This document shows, one piece after another, positions 10,087-18,892 of a stretch of DNA of 64,000 nucleotides. This DNA is from Roseibacillus sp. (GTDB lineage: Bacteria; Verrucomicrobiota; Verrucomicrobiia; Verrucomicrobiales; Akkermansiaceae): the NCBI GenBank assembly GCA_051251855.1, contig JBPOGI010000001.1, positions 1,632,001 to 1,696,000 on the forward strand. The letters are read 5' to 3'. Made by a program: the position numbers and the translations under genes. Below the pieces are notes generated by a model, which was not told where the DNA came from, did not search any database, and saw only the letters and a list, made by a program, of their open reading frames with translations. Every line of letters begins with the position of its first letter. Position 1 is the stretch's first letter.

Positions 10087-10115
10087 AGTCTTTGCGGGGA
10101 TTAATAATCAGTCAA
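10087..10115 (-). promoter_or_regulatory. sigma70-type promoter (leaderless geometry)
   Basis: Minus strand TTGACT (10115-10110), N17, AAGACT (10092-10087), 5 nt, GTG at 10081. Confidence 0.5.
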
Positions 10116-10184
10116 GACCTCGCCCTGTTCGAACTTCTAAACCTCTCAACAAGATCGCCACTCCCATTCTTCATCGAAAGCGAC

Positions 10185-11165
10185 CTAACGACCGCTACGC
10201 TTATCCTTCTGGGCCTGCAACCATTGCTGGTCGGTCCTTGAGAGGTTCGACTCTTTGGTGACATAACGGGCCCCATTGGGAGCAATGAGCAGGAGTTCAC
10301 CGTTTTGATACTTTGCCAATCGGGCCAAAATCTTGAGATCATTGTTCCCTGTCCAGCGGCGGTAACCCTTCTTTTCCAGCCGCGCTTCCACTTTTTTCTG
10401 TCGCTCAGAACTCAGCACCACCCCCGTTTTCAAGAGCCCCCAGGTATACTCTGCCGACCCATTGCGATATCCTCGTACATGCTGGACTATCGAGCCATCC
10501 GCAGCGACAACGATCAGCGCAGGCGAACCGCCCACCTTGTATTGCTTTCTCAACGACTCGATATAACTTGCCTTCCTCAGGGCCAGACTCTTCTTATCCT
10601 TATCGACTGATCTCCGGTCTTTAAAATTACGATCAAGCTTGAGCCGAATAAGATTCTCTTTCGCCCATTCAGCAAAGTCCGTGCGTGCAAAGAGCTCCTT
10701 CTCCAAAACCGCCGAAGCGAGACTTCCGCCATTCCTCCCACCAGGAGTGTCCGCAAAGAAAATCAAAAGAGGTTTTGACTCCATCAAGGCTCGGTTCTTC
10801 GCCACCGTATGACTCGAATACCAATCCTTCTTCTCTTCGCCAAACAAACCTTGAATCGCAGCCTCAGAAGCCTCGACATCATCGGGATCGGTGAAAATGA
10901 TGTCTGACTCGGGCGTGAGCCCAACGACACCGCCTTGCTCAGTGCTCAGAGAGGCCGGATCCACGTCTGCATCCACCATGATATCCGCAGCGGGTTGAAT
11001 CGTCACGTTCGCGCTCCCTCCCGCCCTCAAATGACCAGGAATCTTGGGCACTTTTCCAAAAGAATCATCCTCTTTGCCTGGCTTCAGCTTCGACACGAGG
11101 CCACCCATCTGCCCACAGGAGACGAGTAAAGAGAGAGGCGCAAAGAGCAGAAAGAATCGAACCAT
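10185..11165 (-). CDS. Lipoprotein with thioredoxin-like fold (no CxxC) and C-terminal SHD1-like domain
   Basis: Lipobox LVSC. KPLLIFFADT...FAEWAKENLIRLKLD...YKVGGSPALIVVAADG is thioredoxin-like. YRRWTG...NLSRTDQQWL is SHD1-like. Start ATG 11165. Confidence 0.7.
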   Translation of the reverse strand: MVRFFLLFAPLSLLVSCGQMGGLVSKLKPGKEDDSFGKVPKIPGHLRAGGSANVTIQPAADIMVDADVDPASLSTEQGGVVGLTPESDIIFTDPDDVEASEAAIQGLFGEEKKDWYSSHTVAKNRALMESKPLLIFFADTPGGRNGGSLASAVLEKELFARTDFAEWAKENLIRLKLDRNFKDRRSVDKDKKSLALRKASYIESLRKQYKVGGSPALIVVAADGSIVQHVRGYRNGSAEYTWGLLKTGVVLSSERQKKVEARLEKKGYRRWTGNNDLKILARLAKYQNGELLLIAPNGARYVTKESNLSRTDQQWLQAQKDKRSGR

Positions 11166-11294
11166 CGCGCAGAAGGCTAGCTTGCTTTCCACCCCTTGAC
11201 AATCCTGCCTCAGCCTAACTTTTCCTGTCCTCAAGACTTGGTTTCGCTTGCCTAGTCCGGCTCTTCGCGCCATGTCTCCCCCAGTATTCAAGCC

Positions 11295-12977
11295 ATGTCC
11301 GCTCTATCGCGTCTCTTCCTTCTTCTCTCCGTTGTTCTGCTCCCGACCTCACTTTCCGCTGCTGGGGGAGGACATGGCGTCGAACCCTTCTACCCCGAAG
11401 ATAAAGAACTCCACCGTGGCGCTCAATACGCAGAATTCCCTGTCCCCACCTACAAACTTCCTTCAGTGAAGAATGAAGAAGGCGTCGTGGAGGTCGGTCC
11501 CACTTTAGCTGCGCGCATCAAGGCCGATCCATTCAACCTTGTTGCCACGCTCATTTTCCTCTTCGCCATTGCCCACACCTTTATGGCGGGATGGTTCAAC
11601 AAACTCGCTCACCAAGCCGAGGTCGAGCACCATGAAAAAATCCACAAGCTCGGACTGACAGGAGCAGCGAAACCCCAAGACGACGCCCAAGACGATGTGT
11701 CATTCAAAGCGACCATGCTGCACTTCTTCGGTGAAGTAGAAGCTATCTTCGGCATCTGGATTATTGCCTTAGCAGCCGCTGCCATCGGTTTCTATGACTG
11801 GGAAGCCTTCAAGCTCTACGTCGGCCACGACCGCCAGTTCATCGAACCGGCCTTCGTCGTCATTATTATGGCCATCGCAGCCTCTCGCCCCGTTCTCCGT
11901 GCCTCAGAAAAAGTGATGGCTGCAGCCGCCAAACTAGGCCACGGCTCACCGGCAGCCTGGTGGCTCTCGGTCATGACCATTGCCCCCATTCTTGGTTCTT
12001 TCATTACCGAACCTGCAGCGATGACCATCGGGGCCCTCCTTCTTGCCAAGAAAATCTACAAGCACAAGCCCAAGGCAATCTTCGCCTACGCCACCCTCGG
12101 TCTTCTCTTCGTCAACGTTTCAGTAGGCGGAACCCTCACCCATTTTGCCGCCCCACCCGTTCTCATGGTGGCCAGCACTTGGGATTGGGACATGCCCTTC
12201 ATGTTCACCCACTTCGGCTACAAGGCCGTCATCGCCATCATCCTCGCCAACCTTCTTTTCTTCTTCAAATTCCGAGGCGAACTCACCCGACTGGCTGACT
12301 CCGCCGACGGAATCGAGGACGGCATCCAGCACCCCATCGCTTGGCACGAGCGCGAAGACCCCATCCCGGGTTGGGTCATCGGCACCCACGTATTCTTCCT
12401 CGCTTGGACTGTCTTCAACGCTCACGACCCCATTCTCTTCATCGGTGGATTCCTCTTCTTCCTCGCTTTTATCGCCGCAACCCAACATCACCAAAATGCA
12501 GTCTCCATGAAGGGGCCTCTTCTCGTCGGCTTCTTCTTGGGTGCTCTGATTATTCACGGCGGTTGTCAGGCTTGGTGGATCGAACCCATTATCGTCTCAC
12601 TCAACGACTCTCCTGGGCTGCTCATGCTAGGCTCCACCATTCTCACCGCGTTCAATGACAACGCAGCCATCACCTACCTAGCGTCGCAGGTCTCCGACAT
12701 CAGCTTTGGGGCCAAAGAAGCGGTCGTTGCAGGTGCAGTCGTCGGTGGCGGACTCACCGTCATCGCCAACGCACCCAACCCCGCTGGACAATCGATACTC
12801 TCCAAGCATTTCGAGGGAGGCATCTCTCCTCTTAAGTTACTGGCAGGCGCCATCGTCCCAACCATCATCTGCTATCTTTGCATGAGCTTCCTCCCCTCAT
12901 TGGGTGGCAGCGCAAAATATGCACCTAGCAAGCCCGTCGAGCATCACTCGAACGAGAAGGCTACCGAACCTCACTAA
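11295..12977 (+). CDS. Putative Na+/H+ antiporter (DUF1504 family)
   Basis: Many TM helices; HFFGEVEAIFG, GSFITEPAAMT, GGTLTHFAAPPVLMVA, DNAAITYL, GGGLTVIANAPNPAG. Confidence 0.85.
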   Translation: MSALSRLFLLLSVVLLPTSLSAAGGGHGVEPFYPEDKELHRGAQYAEFPVPTYKLPSVKNEEGVVEVGPTLAARIKADPFNLVATLIFLFAIAHTFMAGWFNKLAHQAEVEHHEKIHKLGLTGAAKPQDDAQDDVSFKATMLHFFGEVEAIFGIWIIALAAAAIGFYDWEAFKLYVGHDRQFIEPAFVVIIMAIAASRPVLRASEKVMAAAAKLGHGSPAAWWLSVMTIAPILGSFITEPAAMTIGALLLAKKIYKHKPKAIFAYATLGLLFVNVSVGGTLTHFAAPPVLMVASTWDWDMPFMFTHFGYKAVIAIILANLLFFFKFRGELTRLADSADGIEDGIQHPIAWHEREDPIPGWVIGTHVFFLAWTVFNAHDPILFIGGFLFFLAFIAATQHHQNAVSMKGPLLVGFFLGALIIHGGCQAWWIEPIIVSLNDSPGLLMLGSTILTAFNDNAAITYLASQVSDISFGAKEAVVAGAVVGGGLTVIANAPNPAGQSILSKHFEGGISPLKLLAGAIVPTIICYLCMSFLPSLGGSAKYAPSKPVEHHSNEKATEPH

Positions 12978-12981
12978 TTCT

Positions 12982-13590
12982 ATGTTTACCGGTCTCGTTG
13001 AAGCAGTTGGCATGGTCTCTAGCCTTGTCGAAAAAGGTGAACAAGCACGCCTCACTGTCAACCTCCCCTTTGCCAGCGAGCTCACTCTCGGGGACTCCGT
13101 CGCCATCAACGGCTGCTGCCTCACCGTCACTCAAGTCTCCATCTTCGAAGCCTCCTTCGACATTCTCGCTCAGACCCTCAAGGTTACCTCGCTAGGCCAA
13201 CTCGAGGAAGGCTCGCAAGTCAACCTCGAGCGCGCGCTGCGCGTCGGTGACCGCTTGGGTGGACACTTCGTTCAAGGCCATGTCGACGCCGTGGGCGAGA
13301 TTCTCGACTGGTCCCAGCACGGTCAAGACCACCGCCTCGAAGTCAGCCTCCCAGCCGACCTTCATTCTCTTTGCATCCCCAAGGGCTCTCTCGCCATCGA
13401 CGGCATCTCCCTGACCCTGGCCGAATTAAACGCGCAATCGGCGGTTTGTTGGATCACTCCTCACACCGCTGTCGCCACCCATCTCGAAACCGCCAAAGTC
13501 GGCCAGAAGGTAAACTTAGAGGCCGACTTGCTGGCAAAATATGTCCGCCAGCAGCTGCCATCGCTTCCATCGACTAAAACGACGAAGTAG
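12982..13590 (+). CDS. ribE: Riboflavin synthase (alpha chain)
   Basis: Canonical MFTG N-terminus, GDSVAINGCCLT, VNLERAL, GGHFVQGHVD, KGSLAIDGISLT. Confidence 0.95.
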   Translation: MFTGLVEAVGMVSSLVEKGEQARLTVNLPFASELTLGDSVAINGCCLTVTQVSIFEASFDILAQTLKVTSLGQLEEGSQVNLERALRVGDRLGGHFVQGHVDAVGEILDWSQHGQDHRLEVSLPADLHSLCIPKGSLAIDGISLTLAELNAQSAVCWITPHTAVATHLETAKVGQKVNLEADLLAKYVRQQLPSLPSTKTTK

Positions 13591-13642
13591 TCAAAAAAAT
13601 CGATTCGCCCTTTTGCCCAAGCCTGCCTTTAATAGGGCTTAC

Positions 13643-15796
13643 ATGAGCACCGCCAACGTCGAAATCATAGGAGCAGATCGATTGCCTTCTACCGGAACTA
13701 TCCTCATTCCGGGCAGCCTCAATCTCCCTCAGCTCCTCGCCCTGGAATCAAAGCTTTCCGACCGGAACGTCACCTTCTTGGCGGAGGAATCTCTCACCCT
13801 CGACCCCGAGGTCCAAAAGTACTTGGACCGACCTAAGGTCAGCGGCGCCGCTTTCTCACGCACCGACAACCCCGCGTCCGTCAAAGGCGCACTCGCACAA
13901 GGACTCGCTGATAATGGAATCGTCCTCTTCGTGCCCGGAGTCGCCAACGCCCGCCCTGGCACCCCCACCCTCGTTCCTTCCGACATCCTCAAATTTCTCT
14001 GTCAATTGGACCTCGGCGTCACCCCCGTTGCCATCCACGTTCCCGCCGAATGCAAGCTCAGCATCGAATCCGCTAGCTCACTCCCCGATGCCATTCTCAC
14101 CTTCGGCGTCCCCATGGCCGCGGGCGAAGCCAGTTTAGCGGCCTATCAAGAGTCACTTTTCGAAGCCTCGGAAGCAGCCTTCTCCAGCAGAGAGTTCCTC
14201 AATGGCTCTCTCTCCGTCGCACTTCTCAAAGGCCTCAAGCGCCACGCCAATACCACCGTCTTGCACGACGGAACCGACGACTCCGAACTTCCCTTCTCCA
14301 AAATTCTCGGAGTCTCAATCGCTCTCTCCAAAGAAATCACGAAAGCAACCAAAAAGAAGCGCGTCGGCATCCTACTCCCTCCCGGCAAAGGAGGCATGAT
14401 TGCCAACCTCGCCGTCCTTTTCGCCAACAAAGTCCCCGTCAACCTCAACTTCACCGCCTCTCAGGAGGCAGTAAAGTCCTCCATCAAGCAGGCTGACATC
14501 GACAAATTTATCACTGCCGACCCCTTTGTTAGAAAAGTCTCCTCCTTTCCTTGGCCACCCAATCGCGACCTCATCTTTATCGAGCGGACTCTCCCCCTCA
14601 TCAAGAAGCACATCATCAAGTGGGTTCTTCTTTCCAAAGTCCTCCCCGCAGAAGCACTCATCAAGATGCTCGGTCTCGGGCAGGAATGCGGCGACGACGA
14701 AGCCATCCTTCTCTTCACCTCTGGTTCATCTGGCGAGCCCAAAGGCGTCCCCCTCTCGCATCGCAACCTCTTAGGCAACGTCTGCCAATTCTCCAGTCGC
14801 ATCAGCATTCCTAGCGACTCCAAAATTCTCGGCTGCCTCCCTCTCTTTCATTCATTTGGCTGCACCGTCACCCTCTGGTATCCCGTCATCGAAGGACTCA
14901 ACCTCGTCACCTACCCTTCCCCTCTCGAAACCAAGAGACTTGCCGAGCTCATTCACGATCACAACATTCCCCTCTTTCTCTCCACCCCCACCTTCCTGCG
15001 AGGCTACCTCAGGCGCATCAAACCCGAGCAACTCGCCCCTCTCAAACTCGTCATTACCGGCGCCGAGAAACTCCCCGAGTCCCTTGCCGACTCTTTCGAG
15101 GAAAAATTCGGCATCCGTCCCCTCGAAGGTTACGGCCTCACCGAAACTTCCCCCGCCACCAACGTCAACCTTCCGCCATTGGAAGATCGCGAAGGTCTCA
15201 CTCCAGTTACCAGCAGCCGAGGAGGCTCAGTCGGACATCTCCTCCCCGGCATCGCCGCGCGCATTACAGACCCTTCCACCGGCGCTCCATTGCCTCTCGA
15301 TCAATCAGGAATTCTCTGGCTGCGCGGCCCCAACATCTTCCCCGGCTACCTCAATCGTGACGATCTCACCGAAAGCGTCTTTGAGGAAGGTTGGTTCAAG
15401 ACCAACGACGTCGCCCGCTTCGACGAAGACGGCTTCCTTTACATCGAAGGCCGCATGTCCCGCTTCTCCAAGATTGCCGGCGAAATGGTTCCCCATGAAG
15501 TCGTAGAGGCAGCCGTCGACAAGGCTCTTGGCTACGATAAAGAAGACACTCGCAAAGTCGCTGTCGTTAGCATCCCCGACGAGGCCAAGGGCGAAGGCAT
15601 CGGCCTCCTCTCCACCGTCGCGAGCGACATGCTCGAACAAGACGTCATCGACCTTCGCTACAAGCTCCTCGACGCCGGACTCCCCTCACTCTGGTGCCCC
15701 AAAGTCATCATTCCCGTCCCCGAGATTCCCGTCCTCGCCTCCGGCAAACTTGACCTCAAAGCCTGCCAAGCCATTGGACAGGCTCACAAGAGTTAA
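13643..15796 (+). CDS. Aas-like acyl-ACP synthetase (degenerate acyltransferase domain plus AMP-binding domain)
   Basis: LFTSGSSGEPKG, LPLFHSFG, EGYGLTE, GRMSRFSKIAGEMV, SGKLD. Confidence 0.85.
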   Translation: MSTANVEIIGADRLPSTGTILIPGSLNLPQLLALESKLSDRNVTFLAEESLTLDPEVQKYLDRPKVSGAAFSRTDNPASVKGALAQGLADNGIVLFVPGVANARPGTPTLVPSDILKFLCQLDLGVTPVAIHVPAECKLSIESASSLPDAILTFGVPMAAGEASLAAYQESLFEASEAAFSSREFLNGSLSVALLKGLKRHANTTVLHDGTDDSELPFSKILGVSIALSKEITKATKKKRVGILLPPGKGGMIANLAVLFANKVPVNLNFTASQEAVKSSIKQADIDKFITADPFVRKVSSFPWPPNRDLIFIERTLPLIKKHIIKWVLLSKVLPAEALIKMLGLGQECGDDEAILLFTSGSSGEPKGVPLSHRNLLGNVCQFSSRISIPSDSKILGCLPLFHSFGCTVTLWYPVIEGLNLVTYPSPLETKRLAELIHDHNIPLFLSTPTFLRGYLRRIKPEQLAPLKLVITGAEKLPESLADSFEEKFGIRPLEGYGLTETSPATNVNLPPLEDREGLTPVTSSRGGSVGHLLPGIAARITDPSTGAPLPLDQSGILWLRGPNIFPGYLNRDDLTESVFEEGWFKTNDVARFDEDGFLYIEGRMSRFSKIAGEMVPHEVVEAAVDKALGYDKEDTRKVAVVSIPDEAKGEGIGLLSTVASDMLEQDVIDLRYKLLDAGLPSLWCPKVIIPVPEIPVLASGKLDLKACQAIGQAHKS

Positions 15797-16725
15797 TGAC
15801 CCGCTTCGACCGTTTCATGCAAGCCGCCCTCTATCATCCCGAGCGCGGCTACTACACGTCCCGCATTAAGGCGGTCGGCACGCGAGGCGACTTCACCACC
15901 ACTCCTCAACTCTCCGACATCCTCGGCAAGGCAATCGCACATTCCTTCCTTGAATCAGGGCTACGTCACCTCATCGAAATCGGCCCTGGCACGGGCCTCC
16001 TTGCCAAGCAAGTTTGCCAGCGACTCCCTTTCCTAACAAAACTTAAGACCCAACAACACCTCGTCGAAGTCTCCCCTCCGTTGCGTATCCTTCAGAAGGA
16101 GAACAACCCCAAAGCGCACCATCACGAGTCCATCCAAGACGCCCTCAAAGCAGCGAAGGGAGAGGCCTTCATCTACTCCAACGAACTCGTCGACGCCTTT
16201 CCGGCCCGTATTTTTCGCAAAGACAAATCAGGCTGGTCCGAACTGCACCTCTCCGGTGCACAACCTCACCTTGAAGAACACTTTCTTCCCGTCGAAAGCC
16301 TCCCCGACTCCCAGCTCTTTCAAGAAGACCACCCCCTCCACCAAAGAATCGAAATCCACGAAAGCTACCACCAGTGGCTCAGCACCTGGCTTCCAGATCT
16401 CACCAAAGGACAACTTCTCACTGTCGACTATATGGCCCCTACTCCACGTCTCCTGTCTGGAACCCTCCGCGGCTACTTTCTACAAGACCGTCTCACGGGT
16501 CCCAATCTTTACCAAAACGCAGGACACATCGACCTCACCACCGACGTCCACTTCGACGACCTCGAGCACTGGGGAAAGGCACTTGGCCTTGCCACCCTCA
16601 CCCGAACCAACCAACACGAATTCCTCACCCCCTTCTCAAACAAATCACACCCGGAAAACTACCTCACCGAACCCAGCGGAGCAGGCAACGCTTTCGGAGT
16701 CCTCCTCCAATCCCATTCCAAATAA
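15796..16725 (+). CDS. SAM-dependent methyltransferase, MidA/NDUFAF7 family
   Basis: FMQAALYHPERGYY, GDFTT, EIGPGTG, SNELVDAFP, DLTTDVHF; TAATG overlap with the upstream gene. Confidence 0.85.
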   Translation: MTRFDRFMQAALYHPERGYYTSRIKAVGTRGDFTTTPQLSDILGKAIAHSFLESGLRHLIEIGPGTGLLAKQVCQRLPFLTKLKTQQHLVEVSPPLRILQKENNPKAHHHESIQDALKAAKGEAFIYSNELVDAFPARIFRKDKSGWSELHLSGAQPHLEEHFLPVESLPDSQLFQEDHPLHQRIEIHESYHQWLSTWLPDLTKGQLLTVDYMAPTPRLLSGTLRGYFLQDRLTGPNLYQNAGHIDLTTDVHFDDLEHWGKALGLATLTRTNQHEFLTPFSNKSHPENYLTEPSGAGNAFGVLLQSHSK

Positions 16726-16773
16726 GGAATAACAACCCGCTGTCTAAATCCCCAACCCCTCCAAACCTCACCA

Positions 16774-17493
16774 ATGAAAACTCTCCTTCTCATTCTTCTC
16801 TCTGCCCTTCCAACCCTGGCCTTCGAACTTCCCAAAGACTCCACCCAAGCCATCGTTGGCATCGCCAGTGGTTGGGACTCATCTCACGTCACCCTTCATC
16901 GCTATGAAAAAGACGCCCAAGGAGCCTGGCACCTTGTCTCTCAGCCTTGGAAAGGCCGCCTCGGCTCCAGCGGAATAGCTTGGGGCCGCGGACTTCATCC
17001 GGTTCCCACCGGAGCAAAAATGAAAAAGGAAGGCGACCGCCGAGCACCCGCCGGGGTCTATACTCTCGGCGGAGCTTGGGCCTACAACGCCGCGATACCC
17101 CACCATCCCAACCTGCCCTTCAGCAAGATCACCACTCGTGACCTATGGGTCGAAGACGTCACTTCGAAGTATTACAACCAGCACGTTCGTCTCGATCACG
17201 AGCCCTCCGCGGCATGGGAAAAAAAAGCCCAGATGCGCCAAAACGACCAAGCGCATTCCATCAAGCTCTTCATCAATCACAACGCACCTAAAGTCGTCCC
17301 CGGCGGCGGGTCTTCAATCTTCTTCCACATATGGCGCGGCGGCGGGTCCAAAGCCACCTTCGGCTGCACCACCATGCATGAGAACGAACTCAAAGCCCTC
17401 ATCAAGTGGGTAGACCCCAAACGGAACCCCGTCTACATCCTCCTCCCCCAAAGCGAATACATGGCCAAGCGCCTCCAGTGGAAACTACCCTAA
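16774..17493 (+). CDS. L,D-transpeptidase (YkuD)-family secreted protein
   Basis: Signal peptide, KKEGDRRAPAG, GSSIFFHIW...TFGC (His/Cys catalytic motif). Confidence 0.82.
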   Translation: MKTLLLILLSALPTLAFELPKDSTQAIVGIASGWDSSHVTLHRYEKDAQGAWHLVSQPWKGRLGSSGIAWGRGLHPVPTGAKMKKEGDRRAPAGVYTLGGAWAYNAAIPHHPNLPFSKITTRDLWVEDVTSKYYNQHVRLDHEPSAAWEKKAQMRQNDQAHSIKLFINHNAPKVVPGGGSSIFFHIWRGGGSKATFGCTTMHENELKALIKWVDPKRNPVYILLPQSEYMAKRLQWKLP

Positions 17494-18704
17494 GCCCCTG
17501 CCAACATCCGTTGTTGCCACCACTCCCCCGCGCTCATTTCAGGCGGAGTACAAAGACGCTCCAGACAAGCGTGCCACTCATCCTCTCCCTCAATAATCTC
17601 CACTTCAATCCTGAGGAAGTAGAGCGGCACACTATCTTCCGTCGGACGAGGAAACCGAACCGCATCCTTCTCAGTGGTCACAATGAAATCAACATCACGC
17701 TTCAGCGCTCGCTCAAAAACCGCATCGACATCCTTTTGCGGAAAAACCTGATGGTCTCCAAAAGTGCGGTGAAACATCACCTCCGCTCCCAACTCCGTGA
17801 GTAAACGTTCAAAACTCTCGGGCACCGCAATGCCACTCATTGCCGCCACATACTTTCCCTTCAACTCCGAAAGCTCCATCCGCTCTCCTGTCTCAAAAAC
17901 CTTTTCCAAGTGCTGCGGCGCATGGCGTGTCTGAATAATGGGTGCCGTCTTGTTGTGCTTTTGTAAGCGAGTAATCTGAGCCTCACTCAAAGGCTGAGCA
18001 CAACGCGTCACAAAGATGTAATTCGCCCGACTCAGATTCGAGGGCGGCTCCCGCAACGTCCCGCGAGGAATCAATGCCTCCGTTCCGAAAGGCCGCTCCG
18101 CATCCACCAGCACCACATCGATGGCATGGTCCAACTTCAAATACTGCAACCCGTCATCTAACAGCAAGATATCAGCCTCCAATTCCTTCACCGCAAAACG
18201 CCCCCCCTTCACCCGATCTCGATCCACCACCACTCCCACCCCTGGCAAAAGATTTTTCGCCAACATGTAGGGTTCATCCCCCGCATACTCCACCGGCAGC
18301 CGTAAGCGCTCGCCATCACTCACCACCTTCGGAAAATCTCCCGGCTCCTCCTCGCGCTGCCCTCGCCAAACCTGCCGCTCCTCCAGCTTTCGACTCTTAT
18401 ACCCTCGACTCAAAATCACCGGATTGCGCCCTCGCTCGCGCAATGCCTTGCAAAAAAACTCCACCACCGGCGTCTTCCCCGTCCCACCCATCGTCAAATT
18501 GCCGATACTCACCACCTTCACCCCCAGCAAAGCCTGCTTCTTCAGTCCGGCCCGAAACAAGAGAAGCCGCGCCCTCACCACCAAAGCAAAAATCCACGAA
18601 ATGCCCCGAAACACCAAGCGAGCCACCCCCGCCCAAAATCCCCTCTCACGCCCAAAAATGACGTCAGCTCCCCACTTCTCTAAATCTTGCCCAAGGCTCG
18701 ACAC
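17490..18704 (-). CDS. lpxK: Tetraacyldisaccharide 4'-kinase
   Basis: VVSIGNLTMGGTGKTP, LSRGY, GDEP, LDDGLQY, PRGTLREP, TTEKDAVR. GTG start at 18704 is a guess. Confidence 0.93.
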   Translation of the reverse strand: MSSLGQDLEKWGADVIFGRERGFWAGVARLVFRGISWIFALVVRARLLLFRAGLKKQALLGVKVVSIGNLTMGGTGKTPVVEFFCKALRERGRNPVILSRGYKSRKLEERQVWRGQREEEPGDFPKVVSDGERLRLPVEYAGDEPYMLAKNLLPGVGVVVDRDRVKGGRFAVKELEADILLLDDGLQYLKLDHAIDVVLVDAERPFGTEALIPRGTLREPPSNLSRANYIFVTRCAQPLSEAQITRLQKHNKTAPIIQTRHAPQHLEKVFETGERMELSELKGKYVAAMSGIAVPESFERLLTELGAEVMFHRTFGDHQVFPQKDVDAVFERALKRDVDFIVTTEKDAVRFPRPTEDSVPLYFLRIEVEIIEGEDEWHACLERLCTPPEMSAGEWWQQRMLAGA

Positions 18705-18892
18705 CCCAATAGCAAACACAGGAAAGCCCCCCAACGGAACTCTCAATTCTGACCGCCAAGTAACAACCCACACAATTCATAGCCATTTTGGGCCTCCTTT
18801 TCCCATCCCAGAATGCGACTTTGAGAGCTGCCGCCCCCCCCAATCGTTTTCTCTTGTCTGAATTCCCCAAAACTTAACACTTAGATTAGCTT

